From: Fidelibacterota bacterium
GTDB lineage: Bacteria; Fidelibacterota; Marinisomatia; Marinisomatales; UBA1611
Reading direction: 5' to 3'
DNA length: 64,000 nucleotides
NCBI GenBank assembly: GCA_018658715.1
Contig: JABHUQ010000034.1
Span: 86,230 to 150,229 of the forward strand
Positions 37,381-50,014 of the stretch are shown here, piece after piece (position 1 is the first letter of the stretch; the number at the start of each line of letters is the position of its first letter). A program made the position numbers and the translations under genes. The notes beneath the pieces were generated by a model. The model saw nothing but the letters and a program-made list of their open reading frames with translations. It was not told the origin of the DNA and searched no databases.

Positions 37381-38669
37381 ATATAAAAAAACTGTTACTA
37401 GTTGCTGCCTTCTTTGGCTCACATGTTTTATCTCAAGAATTACCAGAAAAGCAATTTGTTGATGGTATTGCTGCGGTTGTTGAGGATAATGTTATCTTAA
37501 AAAGTGACCTGGTTCAGCTGGTTAATATGACGGCCATCCAGTCTAGAATTAACCCCCAGACACATCCTGAAGAATTTGAAGAATTACAACAAAATGTAAT
37601 AAATCAAATGGTTGACCAAAAAATTATTTTAGAAATGGCGGCGTTGGATTCGATTGAAGCTGAAGAGAAAGAAGTAACCGCTGCTCTTGACCAGCAAGTT
37701 TCCAATATTTTAGCGCAAGCTGGAGGAGAAGATAAGGCGGAGGAAATGTTGGGACAGTCCATCAAGTCGTTTAGAAGGGAGTTTTGGTATGATATGCGAG
37801 ATCGAATTGTATCAGAAAAATATCAACAACAATTATTAAACAATATATCTGTAACTCGAAACGGTGTTTCTGATTTTTATTCTGTATTTAAAGATAGTCT
37901 TCCCATCCTTCCAACAACGGTCAAAATACGCCACCTTCTTATAAAACCTACCCCAAATATGGCGTCTAAAGAAAAAGCGTACAATATGCTTGATAGCTTA
38001 CGGTCGCTTGTTTTAGCGGGGGAAAGTTTTGAGGGTTTGGCAAAACAATATTCCATGGACCCTGGCTCAAAAATAAAAGGCGGTCATCTTGGTTTTGTAA
38101 ATCGCGGCTCTTTTGTTAAGCCTTTTGAAGAAGTTGCTTTTTCTCAAAATATTGATTCATTAAGCTTTCCTGTTGAAACAGAGTTTGGTTATCACCTAAT
38201 TGAAACTCTTGAAAAAAGAGGAGACAAAATAAATGTAAAACATATTTTAATACAGCCAAAACTAACGCCCGACGATGAAAAACGAGCCTATGATTTTGCG
38301 TTATCGTTGAAAGATTCATCCAAAACCCTTGATGATTACAAAAAATTTGTGAAGGAGTATTCAACCGATGTTCGAACGTCTGAAATTGGCGGAGATCTTG
38401 GTTGGATAGATCCTACAAATTATCCAATTCCGGAAATTGGTCAGGCTGTAAAATATATAAATACTGGAGAGTGTAGCCCTCCTATCAATTCTTCTCTGGG
38501 GTTTCATCTCTTGTGGGTTGAAAAAATTAAACCGGGCGGCAAGCCGTCTCTTAAAACACACTGGTCAGAGATCGAAAGTATGGCTCTTAATTATAAAAAA
38601 ATGCAATGGTATGATGCTTGGATATCAGATGCGAGACAAAATTTTTACATATTTGTTAATGAAAAATAA
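37377..38669 (+). CDS. surA: SurA-like periplasmic chaperone with two parvulin PPIase domains
   Basis: 430 aa with signal peptide. Two parvulin units (IRHLLIKP...GGHLGFVNRGSFVKPFEEVAF...FGYHLIE; VKHILIQP...GGDLGWIDP...GFHLLWVEK). Confidence 0.8.
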   Translation: MNIKKLLLVAAFFGSHVLSQELPEKQFVDGIAAVVEDNVILKSDLVQLVNMTAIQSRINPQTHPEEFEELQQNVINQMVDQKIILEMAALDSIEAEEKEVTAALDQQVSNILAQAGGEDKAEEMLGQSIKSFRREFWYDMRDRIVSEKYQQQLLNNISVTRNGVSDFYSVFKDSLPILPTTVKIRHLLIKPTPNMASKEKAYNMLDSLRSLVLAGESFEGLAKQYSMDPGSKIKGGHLGFVNRGSFVKPFEEVAFSQNIDSLSFPVETEFGYHLIETLEKRGDKINVKHILIQPKLTPDDEKRAYDFALSLKDSSKTLDDYKKFVKEYSTDVRTSEIGGDLGWIDPTNYPIPEIGQAVKYINTGECSPPINSSLGFHLLWVEKIKPGGKPSLKTHWSEIESMALNYKKMQWYDAWISDARQNFYIFVNEK

Positions 38670-39063
38670 GTTATCAACATAAGTTATCCACATATGGATA
38701 ACTTATGTTGTTGATAAGTGATATTTTGTTTAATTGTGTGGTTTAGGTCTATTTTTTAACACTCTTTATTTTTATCAAAATATTATACACATAAAGTATT
38801 TCTTCAGGTCTTTTTAGTTAAAACAATAGGCACTATAATATAGATTAAGATATCATGTGTTTATCCACATAATTAATCCTATTATAAATAATAAGTATTT
38901 AATTTTAATTTAATAAAAAATATTCTTCTAATTATAAAATGATAAAAATCATCTTTCGATCAGAAAAATACATTGAGAAATACACCTATTTAGAGTAAAA
39001 TTATCAGTCTATTTTCTACTTGAAAATACATCTTTTTTCAATCCACCAAATAATGGATAAATA
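38670..39063. other. Candidate oriC: AT-rich intergenic region upstream of dnaN with a DnaA-box cluster
   Basis: Perfect TTATCCACA at 38684-38692 and 38861-38869. One-mismatch boxes at 38671-38679 (+, TTATCAACA), 38693-38701 (-, TTATCCATA) and 38709-38717 (-, TTATCAACA). A very AT-rich stretch runs 38870-39060. Confidence 0.6.
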
Positions 39064-40182
39064 ATGAAATTTTCCACATCGAAAACAGAATTACAAAATG
39101 TTCTTCAAAAACTTTCAAAAGCGGTCCCAACGCGCTCGACCCTTCCTATATTGGGTTGTGTTTTATTTAAAGCGTCAGAAGAAAAGACAATATTAAGAGC
39201 GACAGACTTAGAGATTACTATTATAGCCGAAATACCTGTTAGTATTGAAGAACCCGGGTCTGCAGCAATCCCACTTAAAACGCTATTAGACATAACCAAC
39301 GAATTACCAGAGACGCGCATTACACTTATAGTTGATAGTGATAATAAAATAGAACTGCGGACCGAAACAGGTGTTTATGATTTGATGGGAAAACCGGCAA
39401 ATGAATTTCCTTCAATTCCGGACACAAGCGACGGAAAAGAGCTATCAATGAATTCTCAACTCTTTAAATCTGTAATAGAATCAACCGTTTTTGCTGTAAG
39501 TCGGGACGATCTTAAACCAGCTCTCACCGGTGTTCTTTTTAGATTTAATAAAAATAATTTAACAGCTGTTTCCACCGACGGCCACCGCTTGGTGAAGCAC
39601 ATTAGAAAAGACTTTGTTTCTACGGGCTTTGTTGGAGACGTCATCGTTCCGAAAAAATTTTTAAACTATATGATATTGCAATTAGCAAGCTCTAATGATG
39701 ACGTAGGGCTTATTGTAGGAGAAAATCATATGACAGCAATAACCGATAAAGTGACGGTATTGACTCGGACAATAGACGAAAGATTCCCCGATTATGAAAG
39801 TGTAATTCCGAGCGATAATACAAAAAAATTAATTACAGATAAAAGTGATCTTTCTGGAGCGATTAGGCGCGTTTCTATTTTTTCCAACAAAACAACAAGA
39901 CAAGTAGCGCTTAATCTTTCAGATAAACAATGTTTGATTTCTACGGAAGACCCCGAAAAATCATCAAAAGCACAAGAAGAAATCACAGCTGAATATACTG
40001 GCGACGGGCTTACAATAGGATACAACGCAGAATATTTAAAGGATGTTATTAACCACGTAGACGGTCAAAAAGTAGTTATTAATCTAAACACACCCATCAG
40101 TGCCGCTTTGTTTAATTCAGAAGATGTTGATGAAAACGTTGATTCAACAATGCTGCTGATGCCAATAAGGCTTAACGATTAA
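39064..40182 (+). CDS. dnaN: DNA polymerase III beta sliding clamp
   Basis: 372 aa. MKFSTSKTELQNVLQKLSKAVPTRSTLPILGCVLFKA...LRATDLEI...MLLMPIRL. Confidence 0.95.
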   Translation: MKFSTSKTELQNVLQKLSKAVPTRSTLPILGCVLFKASEEKTILRATDLEITIIAEIPVSIEEPGSAAIPLKTLLDITNELPETRITLIVDSDNKIELRTETGVYDLMGKPANEFPSIPDTSDGKELSMNSQLFKSVIESTVFAVSRDDLKPALTGVLFRFNKNNLTAVSTDGHRLVKHIRKDFVSTGFVGDVIVPKKFLNYMILQLASSNDDVGLIVGENHMTAITDKVTVLTRTIDERFPDYESVIPSDNTKKLITDKSDLSGAIRRVSIFSNKTTRQVALNLSDKQCLISTEDPEKSSKAQEEITAEYTGDGLTIGYNAEYLKDVINHVDGQKVVINLNTPISAALFNSEDVDENVDSTMLLMPIRLND

Positions 40183-40199
40183 AAAGATATATATGATCA

Positions 40200-41299
40200 A
40201 TGGCGATTATGAAGATTGAAATGGTCTCATTTAGAAACCATTCAAGAATGCACATTGAGTTCAGCAAAGGTTTAAATGTAATTTGGGGAGAGAACGGATC
40301 TGGAAAGACAGGAGTTCTCGAAGCAATACACAGCCTATCTTTTGGGAAAAGCTTTAGAACAAACAGACATAAAGAATTACTAAAAACGGATGACGACTTT
40401 TTAAAAATTAAAGGCACCTTTAATAAAAACAACGAAAAAGAAATAATTACTCTCCATCAAAACAGAAAAGGAGAAAGAAGATTTCACATAAACAAAGCCC
40501 CCATTTTAGGATTAAAAGAATTAATGGGCAAAAACCTTGTTGTTGTCTTGTCGCCAGAAGAGCAGGTGGTTACAAAAGGACCACCAGCAAACAGAAGGCA
40601 GTTTTTTGATAAAATATTCTCAGTTATATCTAAAGCTTATATAGAAACACTTGTCCAATATCATCGTATTTTGAAACAAAGAAACGCCGTTCTTATAAAC
40701 ATAAGAGAAAACAGAAGTAACAAGTCAGAACTGGACGCTTGGGACAGCTCTATCGCCCAAGAAGCTGTTTCTTTATGGGGAAAAAGAGAAAAACTGTTAC
40801 TAGAATACAACGAAGAATTAAAAAAGGTAGCAAAGGATTTTTCAGAAGAAGAACCCATTGCTATTGATTATACGAGCGCTATTTATAGCCAGGAAAAAAC
40901 GATTGAAACATTAAACAAGAACAAACAAAGAGACATTTTAACGGGAATAACAAATTTTGGACCACACAGAGATGACTTTAAAATTTCATGGAACACAAAA
41001 GATGTTAAAAAATACGGCTCACAAGGAGAGCATAAAATTTCTCTAGTGCTAATGAAATTAGCAGAATTGTTTTATATTGCTAAAAGCACGAAACAAACAC
41101 CAACGCTTTTATTAGATGATTTATTTGCCAAGCTCGACTCAGGAAGAAGTCGCAAGGTGGTTGATCTTATTAAACGATTTGAGAAACAATCAGGCAATGA
41201 AATACAAACAATTATCACAACAACAGACTTAATTGATTTAGAAAAAAGCGGAATAGAAATTAACGACGAAGAAACACCAACTTTTCATTTAAAAAGAAC

Positions 41300-41312
<13 letters not shown>
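40200..41312 (+). CDS. recF: DNA replication and repair protein RecF
   Basis: 370 aa. Walker A GENGSGKTGVLEAI, signature YGSQGEHKISLVLMKLAE, LLLDDLFAKLD. Confidence 0.93.
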
Positions 41313-43530
<2,218 letters not shown>

Positions 43531-43551
43531 TAAAAATTAGGAAAAATAATT

Positions 43552-46059
43552 ATGGTTGATTTTAATCGCGACAACACCATTAACCGCGACATTGTAGACG
43601 AAATGAGAGAAAGTTATCTCAACTATTCTATGTCTGTTATTGTTTCAAGGGCTCTTCCAGATGTTCGAGACGGGCTAAAGCCGGTTCACAGACGCATTTT
43701 GTTTGGGATGAATGATCTTGGCTCTCATTGGAATAGGGCTTATAAAAAATCTGCAAGAATTGTGGGTGATGTTTTAGGTAAATACCACCCTCACGGCGAC
43801 AGCTCTGTATATGACGCGCTCGTAAGGATGGCACAAGATTTTTCAATGAGATATGAGCTGGTAGACGGCCAGGGTAACTTTGGATCCATTGACGGAGATA
43901 ACGCAGCGGCAATGCGCTATACAGAGTCAAGAATGACAAGGCTTGCAAGCGAAATGCTAAAAGACCTTGATAAAGAAACAGTGGACTGGGTTCCGAACTT
44001 TGATGAAACACTAAAAGAGCCAGCTGTTTTACCAAGCATGGTACCTACGCTCTTGGTAAACGGCTCTGAGGGTATTGCCGTAGGAATGGCAACAAAAATA
44101 CCACCCCACAACTTAACGGAAATTATTAATGGGCTCATTGGACTTATAAACAATAAAGAAATTACCGTTGAAGAATTACAGGAACACATTAAGGGGCCCG
44201 ATTTCCCAACAGCAGGATTAATTATGGGCATGGATGGTATTAAAAACGCCTATAAGACAGGTCGCGGAATAGTAAAAATGCGAGCCAAAGCCCATATTGA
44301 AACAGCTAAGAACGGTAAAGACAGTATTATTATAACCGAACTTCCTTATCAGGTAAATAAAGCAAGGTTAATTGAAAAAATAGCAGATCTTGTTCGAGAT
44401 AAAAAAGTTGTGGGCATTACAGACTTACGGGACGAGTCTGATAAAGACGGAATCAGAGTTGTGATTGAAACAAAGCGCGATGCTGTTCCAGAAGTAATAT
44501 TAAACCTTCTATATAAGCACACCCAACTTCAAGATACGTTTGGTATCATATTGCTTGCTCTCTATAACGACGTTCCAAAAATCATGAGCCTGAAAGAAAT
44601 TCTTCAACATTTTATTGATTTTAGACACAGCATTATTGTACGAAGAACAGAGTTTGACCTAAAAGAAGCAGAGGCGCGCGCACACATACTTGAAGGTTTA
44701 AAAATTGCGCTGGATAATATAGATGAAGTGATTTCAATTATTCGAGGAAGCAAAGATCCGACCCAAGCCAAAGAGGGCTTAATGAATGCATTTAATCTTT
44801 CTGAAAAACAATGCCAAGCCATATTAGATATGCGCCTACAAAAACTTACTGGACTAGAGGTTGGAAAAGTTGTTGCAGAATATAAAGAAGTCATTCAACT
44901 AATAGCCCACCTAAAGGGCATTTTAGAAAGCGAAAGCCAAAGAATGGATATTATCAAGTCTGAACTGATGGAAATAAGAGAAAATTATGGCGATGAAAGA
45001 CGGACAGAAATATTACCCCTAGACGCAGATTTTTCCATGGAAGATATGATTGCCGAAGAAGATGTAGTTCTTACAATAACACACCAGGGTTATATTAAAA
45101 GAACAGCATTAAACACATACAGAACACAAAGAAGAGGCGGTCGAGGCGTTCAGGGCGCTATGAGTAAAGATGAGGACTTTGTTGAACATTTGTTTATTGC
45201 TAATACCCATAACTATATGCTGTTCTTCACAGACCAAGGGAAGTGTTACTGGCTAAAAGTTTACGACATACCACAAGGAGGTCGCGCAACAAGAGGCCGC
45301 GCAATTGTTAATTTAATTGGGTGCGACACGGGTGAAAAAATCGAAGCATTTGTAAGCGTAAAAGAATTCGACGATCATCACTTTATTGTGATGGCAACTC
45401 AAAATGGAATAGTTAAAAAAACAGTTCTTTCTGCATATGGCAATCCACGAAAAGGCGGTATTTACGCTATAGAAGTTCGAGAAGGAGACAAACTAATTGA
45501 AGCTCGAATTACCAACGGAGACCACGATATTCTTCTTGGAACACACGAAGGAAAATCCATCAGATTTTCAGAAACCAACGTTCGCCCTAGCGGCAGAAAA
45601 ACAATGGGAGTAAAAGGAATAACCCTAAGCTCAAAAACTGATTATGTTGTGGGCATGTTGGTTGTAAAGCGAGAGGGTACAATTTTAGTTGCCACAGAAA
45701 AAGGGTACGGAAAACGAACAGACATCATTCAGTATCGCTCACAAACAAGAGGCGGCAAAGGCGTGTTAACCATGAGGTGTACAAACAAAACAGGAAAAAT
45801 GGTAAAAATTATGGAGGTGGTAGACTCAGACGACCTTATTGTAATTACCGATTCTGGTGTTTTAATGAGACAACCTGTTGGCGCAATACGAACGATTGGT
45901 CGAGTAACCCAAGGTGTTCGCCTTGTGAAGCTTGATGATGGCGCAAGCATTTCTACCATTACACGCGTTATTAGCGAAGAAAAAGCCACAGAAGAGCCAA
46001 AACCAGAAGACAATCAACTTACAATTGAAGATGCCGCAAGTAATTCAAATGAAGAATGA
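43552..46059 (+). CDS. gyrA: DNA gyrase subunit A
   Basis: 835 aa. [37 protein letters not shown]-terminal beta-pinwheel repeats. Confidence 0.98.
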   Translation: MVDFNRDNTINRDIVDEMRESYLNYSMSVIVSRALPDVRDGLKPVHRRILFGMNDLGSHWNRAYKKSARIVGDVLGKYHPHGDSSVYDALVRMAQDFSMRYELVDGQGNFGSIDGDNAAAMRYTESRMTRLASEMLKDLDKETVDWVPNFDETLKEPAVLPSMVPTLLVNGSEGIAVGMATKIPPHNLTEIINGLIGLINNKEITVEELQEHIKGPDFPTAGLIMGMDGIKNAYKTGRGIVKMRAKAHIETAKNGKDSIIITELPYQVNKARLIEKIADLVRDKKVVGITDLRDESDKDGIRVVIETKRDAVPEVILNLLYKHTQLQDTFGIILLALYNDVPKIMSLKEILQHFIDFRHSIIVRRTEFDLKEAEARAHILEGLKIALDNIDEVISIIRGSKDPTQAKEGLMNAFNLSEKQCQAILDMRLQKLTGLEVGKVVAEYKEVIQLIAHLKGILESESQRMDIIKSELMEIRENYGDERRTEILPLDADFSMEDMIAEEDVVLTITHQGYIKRTALNTYRTQRRGGRGVQGAMSKDEDFVEHLFIANTHNYMLFFTDQGKCYWLKVYDIPQGGRATRGRAIVNLIGCDTGEKIEAFVSVKEFDDHHFIVMATQNGIVKKTVLSAYGNPRKGGIYAIEVREGDKLIEARITNGDHDILLGTHEGKSIRFSETNVRPSGRKTMGVKGITLSSKTDYVVGMLVVKREGTILVATEKGYGKRTDIIQYRSQTRGGKGVLTMRCTNKTGKMVKIMEVVDSDDLIVITDSGVLMRQPVGAIRTIGRVTQGVRLVKLDDGASISTITRVISEEKATEEPKPEDNQLTIEDAASNSNEE

Positions 46060-46733
46060 GCCTATCGAACAACCTTGAGACAATCTATCATAAGATAGAA
46101 AAAGCAAAAATACGGGGCGGTGTAAACCGCCCTGTTCAACTTATAGCCGTTACAAAGACCCACCCCTTTTCAATTATAAACGAGAGCTATGCTATGGGTA
46201 TTAGATCCATAGGAGAAAACCGTATTCAGGAAGCACATTCAAAATTTGAAGATTTTTCTTTAATGCCGAATATAACAAAAAGGTTTATTGGTCACCTTCA
46301 GTCGAACAAGATTAATAAATGTTTAGAATTGTTTGATACAATTGATTCTGTGGACTCTATCAAACTGGCAAAAAAAATCGATAAAAAAGGTTTAGCAGTA
46401 CAAGTTTTATTAGAAGTAAATACAAGCGGAGAACGCCAAAAGCACGGCTTTAATCCAGAAGATATCGACGGCATGATTGCAGCTACAGAAACACAAAACA
46501 TAATCGTAAAAGGATTAATGACAGTTGGCCCCCTTACTGGAAATGAACAAAAAATAAGAAAGTCATTTACACTGTTAAGGGAATTAAAAGATGAAATAAA
46601 TTCACAACTATCAGCAAATAAATTGACCGAACTTTCAATGGGAATGAGCAGCGACTTTGAAATAGGCGTTGAAGAAGGAAGCACAATGGTCAGGATAGGC
46701 TCTGCTCTATTCGGAAGAAGACAACAACAATGA
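46056..46733 (+). CDS. yggS: YggS-family pyridoxal-phosphate homeostasis protein
   Basis: 225 aa. LIAVTKTHP (PLP Lys), [44 protein letters not shown]. Confidence 0.9.
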   Translation: MSLSNNLETIYHKIEKAKIRGGVNRPVQLIAVTKTHPFSIINESYAMGIRSIGENRIQEAHSKFEDFSLMPNITKRFIGHLQSNKINKCLELFDTIDSVDSIKLAKKIDKKGLAVQVLLEVNTSGERQKHGFNPEDIDGMIAATETQNIIVKGLMTVGPLTGNEQKIRKSFTLLRELKDEINSQLSANKLTELSMGMSSDFEIGVEEGSTMVRIGSALFGRRQQQ

Positions 46734-47221
46734 AATTCATCTACTTACCATTAAGATCAAACACAATACGGCTAAACACCCAGCAACCAAAAGAACAAGA
46801 AAAACACATGGTTGATGTATTAGATAACAAAACCTATATATGGCCACTTATTTTTGATAATACTCATGTTTCCCCAATAACACTTTATAACTTAAAAGAA
46901 AAATATTCAATTGACTCAATCATCATTATAGACCGATTAAAAAACGTAAAAAAGGAGACCAACATTAAGGATCACATTAATGCATCTGGTCAAAACTTTT
47001 TAAGAGAAAAAACGCCTTATAAATCTTTTCCAACCTTTCCGGATGTTACACATATATACCATACAGCGGAACCAGATGCCGCAATTGTTCATACCGTTGG
47101 TCCAGAAAGATTCTCAAAAAACACCAACAAGAACCAGATCATTTCTGAGAGCATTGGAATTATATCTCCCGTTTGGGATTATGTGGGTGTAAACGTTTAT
47201 GGCGTTGGGAGACCCGCGTAG
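46730..47221 (+). CDS. Short purine-nucleoside-phosphorylase-like protein (core fragment of the PNP fold)
   Basis: 163 aa, ATGA-coupled to yggS. IKDHINASGQNFL...FPTFPDVTHIY...IVHTVGPERFS...IGIISPVWDYVGVNVYGVG aligns by eye to the central part of trimeric PNPs (DHINLPG..NPL...FP.MSDAYD...GPSFET...VGMSTVPE). Confidence 0.35.
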   Translation: MKFIYLPLRSNTIRLNTQQPKEQEKHMVDVLDNKTYIWPLIFDNTHVSPITLYNLKEKYSIDSIIIIDRLKNVKKETNIKDHINASGQNFLREKTPYKSFPTFPDVTHIYHTAEPDAAIVHTVGPERFSKNTNKNQIISESIGIISPVWDYVGVNVYGVGRPA

Positions 47222-47338
47222 TTTAAGCGCACCCAACCACAGATAGGTTCAAAAGTGTATTTTAATTAAACTATTATGAAAAGCAACAAAGGAGAGTTAC
47301 TTTAATAAAAGTTTTAACAAAATGATTTGTATGAAATA

Positions 47339-47605
47339 ATGAAAAAACATATACACTACCTTCTCTGTATTGGCAGCTTTTTTTCAGCAATATATCCAGA
47401 GAATACGCCTTTTGGAAACCACACTATTAACCCCCCCCCAAAAACCAGACATAAAATTTCTTTATTAGACGATCAGGTGAGTTTAGCCAAAGGAATGCAA
47501 ATTAGTATTCGTCCAGACGGAAAACATCACTTGTTTGAATTTGACCAATTAAAAGACGATAAATATGGGCTTGTAAAGCGGAACAGGCAACGATACACCC
47601 AATAA
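47339..47605 (+). CDS. Small hypothetical secreted protein containing a C9 homopolymer
   Basis: The track ORF opens at TTG 47327; ATG 47339 (MKKHIHYLLCIGSFFSAIY...) is the more likely start. Signal-peptide-like N-terminus. No family recognised. Confidence 0.4.
   Translation: MKKHIHYLLCIGSFFSAIYPENTPFGNHTINPPPKTRHKISLLDDQVSLAKGMQISIRPDGKHHLFEFDQLKDDKYGLVKRNRQRYTQ
47431..47444 (+). repeat. Homopolymeric tract C9 followed by A5 inside the small ORF
   Basis: aaCCCCCCCCCAAAAAcc encodes N-P-P-P-K-T. It is the only C/G run of 7 or more that I found in the window. Confidence 0.9.
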
Positions 47606-47628
47606 ACCGAACAACCAAACACACTTAA

Positions 47629-49917
47629 ATGTCTGACAGAAAAAAGAGAATATTATCCGGCGTTTTTTTTGCGCTACTTTTTTCAGCGCTTATTCATTTT
47701 GGCACCCGCACCAAAGGCTTTGTATTTACCCGCATCATTGATCGCTATGAATATCAATCTTATGATGCACGACTAAAAGCCGCATCATCAAACACAGAAG
47801 AAATGTCTATTGATAATGTTGTTATAATAGATATTGAACAAAACTCCGTTGAAGCTTTAGGGAATTACCATGAGTGGCCTCACGCTTATCACGGGCAATT
47901 GACAGATGTTGTTTCTTCAGGAAACCCAGATGCTCTTTTGTTTGATGTTATTTTTGATGAAAAAAACAGCTACACACATTCACTTATTGATGCCCTGTCT
48001 CAGGAAACAACAACCCCAGAACTACAAGCAGCCACAGAAAAATTCCTTCTTAACGCCGATCCAAATCGATTTGTTGAAAGCACATCTCAAAACTCAAAAG
48101 TTCACCATGCCTTAGTTTTCGAAACAGAAGACACGCTGAATTTTTTGTATAAAATGGCAGACGTACCGAATGGTTACAATGACCAGAATCACACATTAAA
48201 GATACCGGATGAAGTTGCCAAGCACCTCCCATCAGCAGAGAGAATAGGAAACACTTACACGGAACTGCTTAGTGCTTCTTACGGGGTTGGGGCGGCCAAT
48301 TTTCCCCAAGATGAGGATGGAATCATCCGTCGCGCTCCAACAGCCATTCATTTTAAAGGACCAAACAAAACATATCCATCCCTCGCCCTTTCAGCTATTA
48401 AGGATATTCTAAAAATCCCTGACGACGGATTTAAATATGACTTTGAAAATAAAATGCTACACCTAATAGATTCTACAGGGAATATAGCGAGAGAAATCCC
48501 CATCGACGACAAGGGGCGCATGTTTATCAACTATTTCGGCCCACATAAAACGTTTTATTATATTCCATATATGTACGCTTTTGACGCAGAAATGTTAGAC
48601 CCAGCTTATTGGGGCGACAAAACAGCCATTGTTGGCTCATCTCTTCCCGGCTTAATGGATCTTAGAAGTGTCCCGGTTCAAGAGACTTTTCCGGGTGTAG
48701 AAATACACGCAAATGTGATTCACAGTATTTTAGAAAATAAATTTATTCAAATTAAATCCCCAACAGCTAACTATTTTGGGGCCCTATTTCTTTCTATAGC
48801 AATAGGCGTTTTTACGGGTGCGCCAAAAAAACCCATGTTTGGTTTTATGTTTTTAGCGACTGGCGCGGGGTTGTGGATTGTGTTTGCCTACAGTCAGTTT
48901 TTAGGCGAATCTGTTATGTGGGAAATTATTCGACCCATTTTTTCAATCACCCTCACACCGCTAGGCGTTTTTTCATATACATTTTTAATTCTAGATAAAG
49001 ATAAGCGGTTTTTAAAAACAACCTTTAGCACATATATATCACCAAAATTAATAGACCAAATGGTGGATGGAAAAACCGTACCAAAACTAGGTGGAGACGA
49101 AGATATTCATACAGCTGTCTTTACAGACATTCAAGAGTTTTCCCGATTTTCTGAACAATTAACCCCCACAGAATTAGTAGAATTGTTAAACGATTATTTA
49201 ACTGAAATGACCAATATACTTTTGGACAATCAGGGGACTTTGGATAAATATATTGGAGATGCTATTGTTGCTTTCTATGGGGCCCCCGTTCCGGTAGAAG
49301 ACCACGAATATAAAGCCTGCTTAACAGCCCTTCTTATGCAAAAAAAACTATATGAATTAAGAAAAAAATGGAAAACAGAAAGTAAGTATTGGCCAAACAT
49401 TGTTTACAATATGCAAATGAGAATTGGTATTCATACAGGAAAAATGGTTACCGGAAATATGGGGTCTAAACACCGAATGAATTATACTATGATGGGAGAC
49501 ACCGTAAATCTTGCCGCACGATTAGAATCTTCAGCCAAGCAATACGGAATATATAGTCAAATATCAGAAGAAACATATTTATCTATTCAAGATCGTATAT
49601 CTGTTAGGGAACTAGACCACGTTAGGGTTTTTGGAAAAGAAAACCCCGTTAAAACATACGAACTTATATCCTTAAGGGGTCAGGAGCCGGAGTGGTATAA
49701 ACAAATAAACGAACCTTTTGCTAAAGGAATACACCACTTTCAAAAAGGAGAGTTTGAAAAAGCAAAACAGCTATTTGAGCTCACAGTTGAAAATGAAAAT
49801 ATGTTTGATGGCAGAAACATAAACCCATCTTTGCTTTATGTTGAAAGATGTAACATGTTAATTAAAAAGCCACCCAAAGAATGGGACGGCATTTGGTCTC
49901 TTACATCAAAAAAATAA
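47629..49917 (+). CDS. CHASE2 sensor-domain class III adenylate/guanylate cyclase with C-terminal TPR-like tail
   Basis: 762 aa. N-terminal TM, extracytoplasmic CHASE2-like region, 3 TM segments. Cyclase motifs AVFTDIQEFSRFSE, KYIGDAIVAFYGAP, RIGIHTGKMVTGNMGS, YTMMGDTVNLAARLES. Confidence 0.9.
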   Translation: MSDRKKRILSGVFFALLFSALIHFGTRTKGFVFTRIIDRYEYQSYDARLKAASSNTEEMSIDNVVIIDIEQNSVEALGNYHEWPHAYHGQLTDVVSSGNPDALLFDVIFDEKNSYTHSLIDALSQETTTPELQAATEKFLLNADPNRFVESTSQNSKVHHALVFETEDTLNFLYKMADVPNGYNDQNHTLKIPDEVAKHLPSAERIGNTYTELLSASYGVGAANFPQDEDGIIRRAPTAIHFKGPNKTYPSLALSAIKDILKIPDDGFKYDFENKMLHLIDSTGNIAREIPIDDKGRMFINYFGPHKTFYYIPYMYAFDAEMLDPAYWGDKTAIVGSSLPGLMDLRSVPVQETFPGVEIHANVIHSILENKFIQIKSPTANYFGALFLSIAIGVFTGAPKKPMFGFMFLATGAGLWIVFAYSQFLGESVMWEIIRPIFSITLTPLGVFSYTFLILDKDKRFLKTTFSTYISPKLIDQMVDGKTVPKLGGDEDIHTAVFTDIQEFSRFSEQLTPTELVELLNDYLTEMTNILLDNQGTLDKYIGDAIVAFYGAPVPVEDHEYKACLTALLMQKKLYELRKKWKTESKYWPNIVYNMQMRIGIHTGKMVTGNMGSKHRMNYTMMGDTVNLAARLESSAKQYGIYSQISEETYLSIQDRISVRELDHVRVFGKENPVKTYELISLRGQEPEWYKQINEPFAKGIHHFQKGEFEKAKQLFELTVENENMFDGRNINPSLLYVERCNMLIKKPPKEWDGIWSLTSKK

Positions 49918-50014
49918 CGGATAAGTTATGATGTGCGAGAAGACGGAAACGCTCAAGCAGTTATTTATGATTTTATGTAAATGAAACATTAAACATATGT
50001 AATCAGATAAAAAA

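Noticed and set aside
49918-50014. Expected bidirectional terminator between the convergent cyclase and psuG genes.
   Set aside because: No stable GC-rich hairpin with flanking A/T runs is visible, so nothing is annotated.
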